Shown here: piece after piece, positions 18,301-25,224 of the stretch | How the letters are laid out: each line of letters begins with the position of its first letter | Position numbering within the stretch: position 1 is the stretch's first letter | From: Candidatus Saccharimonadota bacterium | GTDB lineage: Bacteria > Patescibacteriota > Gracilibacteria > UBA1369 > 2-02-FULL-48-14 | NCBI GenBank assembly: GCA_041661045.1 | Contig: JBAZVE010000001.1 | Span: 480,001 to 512,000, forward strand | Reading direction: 5' to 3' | Length of the DNA stretch: 32,000 nucleotides | Made by a program: the position numbers and the translations under genes | The notes under the pieces: model-generated | What the model saw: the letters and a program-made list of their open reading frames with translations, nothing else | Told to the model about the DNA's origin: nothing | Databases searched by the model: none

Positions 18301-18598
18301 CTTGTTCCGCGTGCTTGAAATCAAGATGCTCGCCAAAAAAGCCCGCGTTATTAATGTGAAAGCCGAAAATGTGCACAGCAGCGAGGACCGCCAAATCATT
18401 TTGCACATGTCTTCTTTTGTGAAGCCGGAAAACATTTTGTCCATGCTGGAATGCAACTCCAAGTGGATCATCTCCGGCACCAAACTCAAAATCAGCTTCA
18501 AAGACCTCGGCGTGGGCTGGGTGGAAGAACTCAAAAAGAGCCTCGCCGCACTGGGCAAAAAAGCTAAGAATGTGCCCGGAAGCGAGGTGGAGAAGTGA
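15311..18598 (+). CDS. mfd: transcription-repair coupling factor Mfd
   Basis: Contains the RNAP-interacting/CarD-like segment (GDFVVHSDHGIGLFLG), a superfamily-2 helicase core (GDVGFGKTEV, DEEQRFG, TATPIPRTL, QLRGRVGR) and a TRG region. It starts with GTG 3 nt after the dnaN stop. Confidence 0.93.
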   Translation: MPTFLSPVKECRHLIKLFPSGQNLKVIEQFKDQGYSSLSGSGNYSSKAFLVSDVLRELKDINKVLWICSDQNHKENIIRALSLWSEVPVYDLNLEENPTRNREVERKNKVKKMEFLSFTLQKEAARFYIIQYKDLFPTYPNLNEIEKSVLKLSQRDEIDSMDFFESLIELGYEVADDSFVEKGEYFRHGDLLTIWPVNSELPLRIELAFDEVEKITLFDQNKKEAISEISSVEIYPIDIPDGSSKLLSTFGRGSLVLDDEVEFPDSETEAFEAAMAERNSESRYIEFRSFMEETPYHHHLHYLSVLKYYNPLDFIADLREKIMQEWTVFLFTKHPEQYHKLFEEKGIACRNYSNGDYRGGAEVVLFPIGQEDVFPEAFQNPALKLTLITDRNIGNFVETEKRAPERQKVYTDFLTGLKTGDFVVHSDHGIGLFLGLDKRTIEQVTREYLKIGYAENDKLFVPIDQADKVSKFIGSGDRPPKLTRLGSAEWSTLQNRVRKETEKIAQELLELYAERESARGFVFSGDTQRMIQFEKNFEYEETPGQTRAILDVKRDMEGKKPMDRLVCGDVGFGKTEVSMRAAFKAVEGGKQVAVLAPITILVDQHYKNFKKRMEGFDVRIEMLSRFRSPAEQKKILRALEKGEIDIIIGTHRLLQGDIKFKDLGLVIIDEEQRFGVKQKEALKDLRKEVHILTMTATPIPRTLNISLHGLRDISTITTPPPGRLPIVTEVRRFSLGLIKSTVEKEIERGGQIYFLHNRVQTIDDMAAKLRSLLPKARIVVTHGKLRPDDLEQRILAFKNGEYDILVSSTIIENGIDLPNANTLIVNSAERFGLAQLYQLRGRVGRSRKQAYAYFLYHMKRLPLDAKKRLRAIVEANELGAGFQIAMKDLEIRGAGDILGANQSGAIQVVGVSHFIRMLNQAVDDLKKGRKVAEENGIPEVTIEIPLPAYVPDEYIVSSKEKISVYQKLAGADTLEYLTELRTELTEDYGRMPEEVGNLFRVLEIKMLAKKARVINVKAENVHSSEDRQIILHMSSFVKPENILSMLECNSKWIISGTKLKISFKDLGVGWVEELKKSLAALGKKAKNVPGSEVEK

Positions 18599-19100
18599 GC
18601 GCGGCGACGGCATTTTTAAGACTGCCTCTGACGACTGCAATCGCGGAGGGCTCCGAGCCTTCTGGGGAGGGCGTTTGAGCTAGATGGTGCTTTAAAAGCG
18701 GCAGGACCTCCTTAAGTCCAAGGGAAGCAATGGCATCGATCAGCAAAGATTTTGCGACAGGATCCGACTCCCAATCCAGCTGCTCCGCTAAAATGAGCCC
18801 GTTGAATTGGAGACCCCCCCGCCCTATAATGCGATACAGCGTTCTACGAATCTTGTGGTCTGGCGTACGCAGAAGTTTTAAGAGCTCTTCTTGAAGCGGC
18901 TCCGGAATGGCTGGTGCGGATTCTGACAAGTATTTGAGGAGTTCCCAGACTTCTTCAGGGCTGAACCCCGAGAGACGAGCTGCGGCTTGTGTCAAAACAT
19001 CTTTCGTGGACATGTTGTTATGAGTAGGGAGGTCAAGATACAAACAGACCAACGGGTCGAGGTCTAGTATTTGCGGTACTTCGGGTAAGGTAGCATCCAT
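18564..19100 (-). CDS. small alpha-helical, HEAT-repeat-like protein (178 aa), last gene of the orphan operon
   Basis: Segments LLKLLRTPDHKIRRTLYRIIGRGG and DWESDPVAKSLLIDAIASLGLKEVLPLLKHHL resemble HEAT/PBS-lyase-type repeats. Its ATG lies 9 nt after the protease stop. Its 3' end overlaps the mfd 3' end by 35 nt. Confidence 0.5.
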   Translation of the reverse strand: MDATLPEVPQILDLDPLVCLYLDLPTHNNMSTKDVLTQAAARLSGFSPEEVWELLKYLSESAPAIPEPLQEELLKLLRTPDHKIRRTLYRIIGRGGLQFNGLILAEQLDWESDPVAKSLLIDAIASLGLKEVLPLLKHHLAQTPSPEGSEPSAIAVVRGSLKNAVAALTSPPRFRAHS

Positions 19101-19109
19101 AAAAGAGGG

Positions 19110-20480
19110 TTATGCGGCTGGGCGGAGGACTAGTCCCACGCTTTTCTCCATTGCGGTAAATTCTTCGGAGAGAGCGGCTCTAATGCGATCGTTGGCCTCC
19201 GACCGAATGAGAGTTCTCATCGCTACTATTAATTGTTGGTTATCCCCTCTTTGTACGCCCAATAAGTCATAAACATTTGCATTGGCGAATTCGCGATGAA
19301 TGGCATCCGTTATTGCGGTTTCATTGGACAAACTTCTCCAGCCTTCCAACGCTTTGCCGAGAGGGGAAGCATGCGCCTCTAAACTGGCCGGGAGCAGGCT
19401 ATTGAAACCAGGGGCTAAACGCTGCAATTCATCAAGAAGCACTGCACTTAAGGTTGGATTTGTCTCTAGGTCTACGAGCGAACGCATGGCCATTCCCAGC
19501 CCAGCCACATCTCCGTTTCTTACCCCAAGTAAGGCGAAAAGGTCTCCGCCAGAAAGCCTTTCCGTCAAAACCTGCTTCATAACGATTTCACTTTGAATCT
19601 CTCTTAAACGCGCAATGGTTTGGCTTAGGGGTGAGGCCTGTGGGGCTAATATGACAAAGGAGAGTACCTCAAAATTATTTTGAAAGGCCTCCACTGAAAG
19701 TTGAAAAGGTTTTGATGTGTCATGGGGGTTCTCCAGGGTGACCAACTGGCGCACCTTGTCGTAAGCAATTATCGCATAGGCGTGAGGGCCAACCAATTTG
19801 TGACCTTCAACAACAATTTCGCCGCGTATTCTAGGAGTACCTGCGGTCAATATACGCCTTCCCGGGTTGTCGGCAGAATATTCCAGGGAACTCAGAGCGC
19901 TCTTAGCCGAAATGCTTATGGGCTTTAAGGCAAGCCCTTTCCCAAGTAGATGTGCCACAGCCTCTTCCCCATAGCCCCCTTCCACAGGGTAGCCCCCTTG
20001 CTTGTCTTTCAATATGGTGCCCCCTCGTGCGTCATGTATTTCCATACTTCTTGAGGAAGCGTAAGCGAGTTCCAAAATAATGTCCCCCAAAGGAGCGTTT
20101 GTTTTTGAATGATATTTCTCCCATGCTTCAGCGCTTCTAACCACGCCCGCCGGGGTCCATTCGTCGCTCCCCGTTCGTTTTACTCGATAGGGGCCTGGGT
20201 GCTTGGCTCCCGGGATGGTGACTTCCCACAAGTCCGGACCCACTTCTTTGATATTTTGGGCGACCATTTGTTTGAACACTTCAGGCGATGTTTTACGAAT
20301 GGCATTTATGGCGGTCAAGAGGTAGCAAACGCCGATTTGACCCTGTCGAATGTTAGAGTCTATGCCGAGGGGATAGAGCTTTTTGAAGAGGGCCGCCTCC
20401 GCGTTGATTTTTGTCCTTAAATGGAGGAGGTCTAAGTCGGCTGCTTTTTTTTGCACGGACTCAGGGGTAGCGGAGTCCAC
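19110..20480 (-). CDS. calpain-like (clan CA, C2-like) cysteine protease with two C-terminal helical repeats (456 aa)
   Basis: Three catalytic motifs match calpain:
- RQGQIGVCYLLTAINA (Cys52) versus QGxLGDCWLLAA
- LVGPHAYAIIAY (His233) versus GHAYS
- TLENPHD (Asn251) versus RNPWG
The Cys-His-Asn order and spacing are calpain-like. The start is GTG at 20480 (20-nt overlap with the upstream gene) or GTG at 20456. Confidence 0.7.
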   Translation of the reverse strand: MDSATPESVQKKAADLDLLHLRTKINAEAALFKKLYPLGIDSNIRQGQIGVCYLLTAINAIRKTSPEVFKQMVAQNIKEVGPDLWEVTIPGAKHPGPYRVKRTGSDEWTPAGVVRSAEAWEKYHSKTNAPLGDIILELAYASSRSMEIHDARGGTILKDKQGGYPVEGGYGEEAVAHLLGKGLALKPISISAKSALSSLEYSADNPGRRILTAGTPRIRGEIVVEGHKLVGPHAYAIIAYDKVRQLVTLENPHDTSKPFQLSVEAFQNNFEVLSFVILAPQASPLSQTIARLREIQSEIVMKQVLTERLSGGDLFALLGVRNGDVAGLGMAMRSLVDLETNPTLSAVLLDELQRLAPGFNSLLPASLEAHASPLGKALEGWRSLSNETAITDAIHREFANANVYDLLGVQRGDNQQLIVAMRTLIRSEANDRIRAALSEEFTAMEKSVGLVLRPAA

Positions 20481-23400
20481 ACTGGTCTTGATTTTGAAGA
20501 AAAAGTTGGTGATCTTTGCGGATGCGCTCTGAGAGCGCTTTGGAGGCTGATTCTAATCGGCCACTAAGGTCAGCACGAAGAGCTAAGTCGGAGATACTTG
20601 GCAGAAGACGCCGCTGGGAAGCGATACTATCCATATGACTACGAAGCTCCAGAACCCATTTTTCGCTTAGGATGTCTCCCCCGCCCAGGACGCGGAGAAT
20701 GTAGGAATTTTGTACGATCTTTTCCATGGTCTCGTCGACGGTTGTTAACCATGTTGCGACGCCTTCACAAACTTGACCGACGGCTTTCAAGATTTCTTTC
20801 GGGCGGAGGACCAGTGGGGGAGTTTCTGTTTCGGTTGGCGCCTTTTCTTCGGCGGTTTTGCCCCGTTCCAGGAGTGTACCTACAGTTTTTTTAAGCTCGT
20901 CTTGGAGCTTGGCGTACTCGTCGACAAGGGCTTTCGCTCGGTTTGCGTCTACATGATCGGGAAGAGGAATTTCATTTCGGACCATTTTTAGGAAATCCTC
21001 TTGCTTTAGGCCGTTTTCTTTACAGAAGGCGGCCATTTCTTTTTGGAGCTGGACACCGCGCTTGTTTACGCGGCTGACATTATTGAGAGTGACATCATCC
21101 GCTTCGACGGCTCCTTTTGTGAAACGACGAAGGGCTGGGCCTCCGAATTCAAAGCCGACTCCAAGGCCGAAAAACATGGCGTTGTTTTGTAGATTTTCCG
21201 CAAAACTTCCTCCGGTGAAAATGGTGTCCAGAGTGGTGCCCAGGGCAACATCTGCGCCCCCTTCCATGGTTGCGCCAATCAAGCGGTTTCCAAGGGCCAT
21301 GCCGTCATCCAGAGAGGAGAGCACGCGCATGCCACCTTTTTCCGTGGCGAGGCGGACGATTTGTTTGGCTTCGGGAGAGAGGGCCATGAGGCGCCCATTT
21401 CGTACGACTGCGGATCCAATGGCTCCGGAGCGTTGAAGTTGGTAAACGGCGCGACCGGCAGCCATGTATCGGGCTGCACCCATGGTCACCGTGTTTACGG
21501 CCATCTCTTTCCCATAAGCATCCACGAAACCTTCAGGGCCATCCTCAAACCCCTTTTGATTGATCACCGCGTTGGAGGCCGTCATGGCGGCTCCGCCCAC
21601 CAAGGCGGCACCCACTACGCCCAGCCCACCCGTTCCAATGGCCACCGCCACGCCCACACCAATAGACGCTGCTATTTTTGTGCCCATTTTTGCGTAGGCC
21701 CAACTTTTGTCACTGGCATTCCAGGAACCGAAGCCTTGGATGTCCGTGAGCAAGTTGACGCCTTCCACCTGGTAAGGTTCCAGGGAAATGCCCAAGTTGT
21801 TTTGAATTTCTTCGGGAGAAGAAGCATTTTTTTCGAGGTATTCTTCAAACTGGGATTGAGCGCCCTCTAGACATGGACCGAGAAAAATCTGAACGGTTTT
21901 TGTGAGGGCTTCATCCGAGGGAAGGGCTTGGCCATCCCGCAAATGTTGAATTTGGAAAATAATGGCGGTGGAAGCCCCTAGCTCTTCAATGCTGTTCACC
22001 GGAGCGGTTAGGATCCCTTTTGCTGCGCTTAAGTCTGGGTTGTTTTGCTCTTCAATCCAGGTAAGAGCTGCCGTTTTTTCTTCGCTAAGCACTTGGGCGA
22101 TATCCACTTTATCAGGAAGCAGCTCGCCGGATTCGTTGATGAGCTCCAGCAGGATTTTTTCGCTGTTGGCGGCTTCACGAGCCAAATCAGACGCCCATCC
22201 TGGGTCGCGGAGATCATCATCAATAGAGCCCAGCCTTCCACTGAATAGTTTGGCAACGGCGACACAGCTTTTTGCGTAGGAAGCGTAGTCCCCACCGGTT
22301 TTTTCGGTGGTGAGCTTCTCGGCCAGTTGTTGCTTGATTACCGTGAAGAGCTTTTGATAATCCAGCTTGAGCTCGTCACTTTGGAACTCGTTGTTGTCTA
22401 CTTTTTCATGGAGTTCCAGTGTCCACCCGATTGCTTCGTCGATGGACATGAGAGGCATAGTGGTTTGGGTCACTTGCATGGCGGCTTCAATATTTCTCGC
22501 GGCGGAATTCTCAAGGGTTTCATCGATGTTCGCGCTCAGCTCTACAAAGCGCTTGCTGTTTGTGAGGTAGCTGTCGCGCGTTTTTTTGTACTCTTCGGTG
22601 GCTTTTTCTTTTGGCAGAGCCTCCGTGAGGCTCGCGGATAGGCCCTCTAAGTTTTCTTGGCAGGCTGCGCTGATTTGAGACAAGGCTTGCTGTTCTTTTT
22701 CTCGGTCGTCCCACATATCCATTGCATTTGCCGCGGTGAGCGCTTTTTCCAGAAAAGCGACGGTCCCGTGGGCGGTGGGATCCAGAACAAAACCGTCTTC
22801 AAAGTCTTCGTCCAGGGCGAGCTTACGGCCGGCCTCCTCGTTTTGTTCGGTGGCGAGCCTTTTTTCAACCAGGGTCTGAATATAGCTTGCCCTTAGCTCT
22901 CCATTGGCAATAGAGGCATCGCTTAAATCTTCTTTGATCTGATCGTCAGTCTGCATGGCGACCTCTGTGTCCAGCTCCTCGGCAACAGCGTTAAGGGCTT
23001 TTGCGTACTTAGGTTCGACCGCGGCATACCAACGGATTGCCTCTACGCTTGGGATGGCGGTAGTTTCTGCCGCTGCGAGGTTTAAGTGTTCGCCGATTTC
23101 CAGTTGATCAGGCCGTGCTTGGGTTGTTTTTAAAGAAAACTCACCATTTTCATCAATAAAAGGGGTGGTTCCCGTTTGAGTGCGCTCGGCCTGAAGTTTC
23201 TGAATGATGGCGAAGTGTTTTCTTGGATCTTCTTTCCATGGTATGCCAAGCTCTCGTTCAACAATCAGAGACAGGTTGTCCCCATTTTCGACAGGGTACT
23301 TTCCCTTTTTCCATTCACGGTAAGCGGCGATGGAGGTAGAGAGGGTTTCGAGGGTTTGGCTGAGGTCCGCTTGCAGCCGGCTAATCTCTTCTGGCGAGGA

Positions 23401-23625
23401 GGCCTCTTTGAGCAGACCAAGAATGTTTTGTGAAAACGCCTCTTGTAGGGCAGGCTCTGCCACTTGGTTTTTGAGAGTTTCTTGGAAACGGTCCACCCCC
23501 TCAATAAATAGGGTCAGAGCCCGGTCTTTTTCTTGAGCATCATCCAGGATGGGTTTGTCTGAGGCCTCAATGGTTTTTTGGACCCGCTCCTGCTGCTTGT
23601 TGATGGAGTTTTCCGAATTTATCAT
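20461..23625 (-). CDS. large orphan protein with central glycine-zipper hydrophobic hairpin (1054 aa from Met34 of the tracked ORF)
   Basis: A long ORF with no signal peptide. The N-terminal ~650 aa are acidic and helical. KIAASIGVGVAVAIGTGGLGVVGAALVGGAAMTASNAVI spans ORF aa 683-721 (nt 21562-21678). A second patch, MFFGLGVGFEFGGPAL, lies at nt 21133-21180. The preferred ATG at 23625 shares ATGA with the stop of the upstream 104-aa ORF. Confidence 0.7.
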   Translation of the reverse strand: MINSENSINKQQERVQKTIEASDKPILDDAQEKDRALTLFIEGVDRFQETLKNQVAEPALQEAFSQNILGLLKEASSPEEISRLQADLSQTLETLSTSIAAYREWKKGKYPVENGDNLSLIVERELGIPWKEDPRKHFAIIQKLQAERTQTGTTPFIDENGEFSLKTTQARPDQLEIGEHLNLAAAETTAIPSVEAIRWYAAVEPKYAKALNAVAEELDTEVAMQTDDQIKEDLSDASIANGELRASYIQTLVEKRLATEQNEEAGRKLALDEDFEDGFVLDPTAHGTVAFLEKALTAANAMDMWDDREKEQQALSQISAACQENLEGLSASLTEALPKEKATEEYKKTRDSYLTNSKRFVELSANIDETLENSAARNIEAAMQVTQTTMPLMSIDEAIGWTLELHEKVDNNEFQSDELKLDYQKLFTVIKQQLAEKLTTEKTGGDYASYAKSCVAVAKLFSGRLGSIDDDLRDPGWASDLAREAANSEKILLELINESGELLPDKVDIAQVLSEEKTAALTWIEEQNNPDLSAAKGILTAPVNSIEELGASTAIIFQIQHLRDGQALPSDEALTKTVQIFLGPCLEGAQSQFEEYLEKNASSPEEIQNNLGISLEPYQVEGVNLLTDIQGFGSWNASDKSWAYAKMGTKIAASIGVGVAVAIGTGGLGVVGAALVGGAAMTASNAVINQKGFEDGPEGFVDAYGKEMAVNTVTMGAARYMAAGRAVYQLQRSGAIGSAVVRNGRLMALSPEAKQIVRLATEKGGMRVLSSLDDGMALGNRLIGATMEGGADVALGTTLDTIFTGGSFAENLQNNAMFFGLGVGFEFGGPALRRFTKGAVEADDVTLNNVSRVNKRGVQLQKEMAAFCKENGLKQEDFLKMVRNEIPLPDHVDANRAKALVDEYAKLQDELKKTVGTLLERGKTAEEKAPTETETPPLVLRPKEILKAVGQVCEGVATWLTTVDETMEKIVQNSYILRVLGGGDILSEKWVLELRSHMDSIASQRRLLPSISDLALRADLSGRLESASKALSERIRKDHQLFLQNQDQCGLRYP

Positions 23626-23936
23626 GAGAGGCTTTTCGTTAGATCTGACTCTGCTTCGTTGACTTCTTGTTTGTGTAAAGACTCGTGGACGGTACGAGTT
23701 GTTTTTCGTTTCAAAACACCCCACTTTTTCAGCACACTTTTCATGGAAGAGGGGCTGGCCGCTTCTTTCAGATGGGCTTTAAGTGAGGCCTCATTTTTTT
23801 CTAAAACTAAAATCAGCGCCGTTTTCTCAAAGTCGTCCATGCCTTTGAGCTCGCTCAGAAGCAGATCCTTTTGTGCTTTGCTCAGGAGAAGGTTTTTCAC
23901 CACAAGCGCTTCGACACGGTCGGTGGAGGTTGCCAT
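23622..23936 (-). CDS. small helical orphan protein (104 aa)
   Basis: ORF with helix-favouring, Lys/Glu/Leu-rich composition. Its stop overlaps the start of the large downstream gene (ATGA at 23622-23625), implying translational coupling. Confidence 0.55.
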   Translation of the reverse strand: MATSTDRVEALVVKNLLLSKAQKDLLLSELKGMDDFEKTALILVLEKNEASLKAHLKEAASPSSMKSVLKKWGVLKRKTTRTVHESLHKQEVNEAESDLTKSLS

Positions 23937-23957
23937 ACGGGTTTGTTTTATCTCGTA

Positions 23958-23986
23958 ATTCTACCACAAAACGGCCTTTCTTTCAA
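23958..23986 (-). promoter_or_regulatory. sigma70-like promoter upstream of the 104-aa gene
   Basis: The minus strand reads TTGAAA (23986-23981), a 17-nt spacer, then TAGAAT (23963-23958). This lies ~21 nt upstream of the ATG at 23936. Confidence 0.45.
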
Positions 23987-24027
23987 GGTGGTGACGAGGT
24001 AAAGGGCGAGCAGTGAAAAGCATGGAC

Positions 24028-25116
24028 TTAGGACGCCTTTTTTGAGTCGTCAAATAAGAATTCCTCGTCATCGTTGAAGAGGTCGGGATTGAGCTCATCC
24101 TTGGGACGGTTCGCGCTGGCAATAAGACCATTTGCCGTGGCCTCTTCCTTGGCGGCAATTTCTTCCGCGGTTCCACGGATGTCTTTGGGGTGGAAGGCGT
24201 CGTCGGTGAAGAGAGAGGTGGTGAGATGGGTTCCGTCTGCTTGTGTTAAGATGACAGCTCCATTCTCCAGCCTTGCCGATTTAGTTTGGGCCAGCTTGTC
24301 GTAGGGGTTGGAGCCCAATCCTTCCAGGATAGTTGTGGAAGCAGCGCTCAGGGCCATAGGGTAAGCCTCGAGAAGGTAATTCAAGTCACCCGCCTCCCTA
24401 GCCAATTCTTTTGCGACGGTCGCGGCTCTTTCATTGGGGGCTACTGAGGCAAGATCAACGGCGCCCCTGGGGGCGTCTGACGTAGGAAGCTCTTGAGACA
24501 CAGTTTTGGCATCGGGTGCGCTTCGTTCGGAAGTGTATTCAACCTGTGTGTTGGTCCCAAATTCGTTGCGCACATTCTGGATCACATCCCTTCTTCCGCC
24601 TGTTCTGAAGAAACCAGGGCTTTTGGGTGTGCTTTGGTTGGGATGGGCCCCACCAAAATATACTTCACCGGTGTTCAAGTCCTCTGGTTTAGGTAGGAAG
24701 GCTAAGTAAGCATCCAAATCTGCGGGGTCAGTCCCTGGCATATGCGGGTCTGTCTCGGTTTCTGCTGGCTGAGTTTCTTTTACCTCACCTTTTTTGTCTA
24801 GCCCGGCAGCCTTAAGCTCCAGATAGGTCTTGAAAAAAATTGCATTTTGTTCAGCCGTTCCTTTGTAGCCGTAGGCATCTTTAGTAGTGCTGAGCGCAGC
24901 CATGTTCGCAGGCTTGTTCTTATTAAAGCCATCAATGAAGGAAGGATTTCGTTTTATGAAGTTAATACGCCCCACAAAGCTAGGATCGTCTCCTAGTTTT
25001 GACATAGCATTGTAGAGTTGGACGGCCTCGCCTTTTTCAAGACGACCGAGGAGCGCTTTGGCTTTATCGGGAGTGCTTTGTTCGGGGCCGTTGTCGCGGG
25101 AGGATTCAATAGACAT
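24028..25116 (-). CDS. orphan protein (362 aa from the second Met), acidic C-terminus
   Basis: Clean ORF with no signal peptide and no recognisable motif. The C-terminus is DLFNDDEEFLFDDSKKAS. The ATG at 25116 (MSIESS...) is preferred over 25152. Confidence 0.55.
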   Translation of the reverse strand: MSIESSRDNGPEQSTPDKAKALLGRLEKGEAVQLYNAMSKLGDDPSFVGRINFIKRNPSFIDGFNKNKPANMAALSTTKDAYGYKGTAEQNAIFFKTYLELKAAGLDKKGEVKETQPAETETDPHMPGTDPADLDAYLAFLPKPEDLNTGEVYFGGAHPNQSTPKSPGFFRTGGRRDVIQNVRNEFGTNTQVEYTSERSAPDAKTVSQELPTSDAPRGAVDLASVAPNERAATVAKELAREAGDLNYLLEAYPMALSAASTTILEGLGSNPYDKLAQTKSARLENGAVILTQADGTHLTTSLFTDDAFHPKDIRGTAEEIAAKEEATANGLIASANRPKDELNPDLFNDDEEFLFDDSKKAS

Positions 25117-25120
25117 GTGT

Positions 25121-25156
25121 TTTTGTGTTATGAAATCTTTACATTTTAACACAAAA
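25121..25156. promoter_or_regulatory. 10-bp perfect inverted repeat overlapping the putative promoter of the 362-aa gene
   Basis: TTTTGTGTTA (25121-25130), 16 nt, TAACACAAAA (25147-25156). The right arm overlaps a minus-strand extended -10 element, TGtTAAAAT (TAAAAT is the reverse complement of 25143-25148). Confidence 0.4.
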
Positions 25157-25175
25157 GTTTGTGCCCAGCAAGGGC

Positions 25176-25203
25176 TTGTTCAGGGCAAGGAATCTGTTAT
25201 AAT
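25176..25203 (+). promoter_or_regulatory. sigma70-like promoter for ssrA
   Basis: TTGTTC (25176-25181), a 16-nt spacer, then a perfect TATAAT (25198-25203). This lies 21 nt upstream of the mature tmRNA 5' end. Confidence 0.5.
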
Positions 25204-25224
25204 AACCCAGCTCTTTGAAATTGT

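Noticed and set aside
15758-18640. Minus-strand ORFs of 249-294 aa (15758-16531, 16550-17434, 17891-18640)
   Set aside because: They are antisense to mfd, which carries all helicase motifs. Their products are low-complexity and basic.
23185-23304. LysM-like segment (KYPVENGDNLSLIVERELGIPW...) in the 1054-aa protein
   Set aside because: It matches only the Y.V..GD.L..I core of LysM. The protein has no signal peptide, and the segment would be cytoplasmic in the simplest topology. The evidence is too weak to call.
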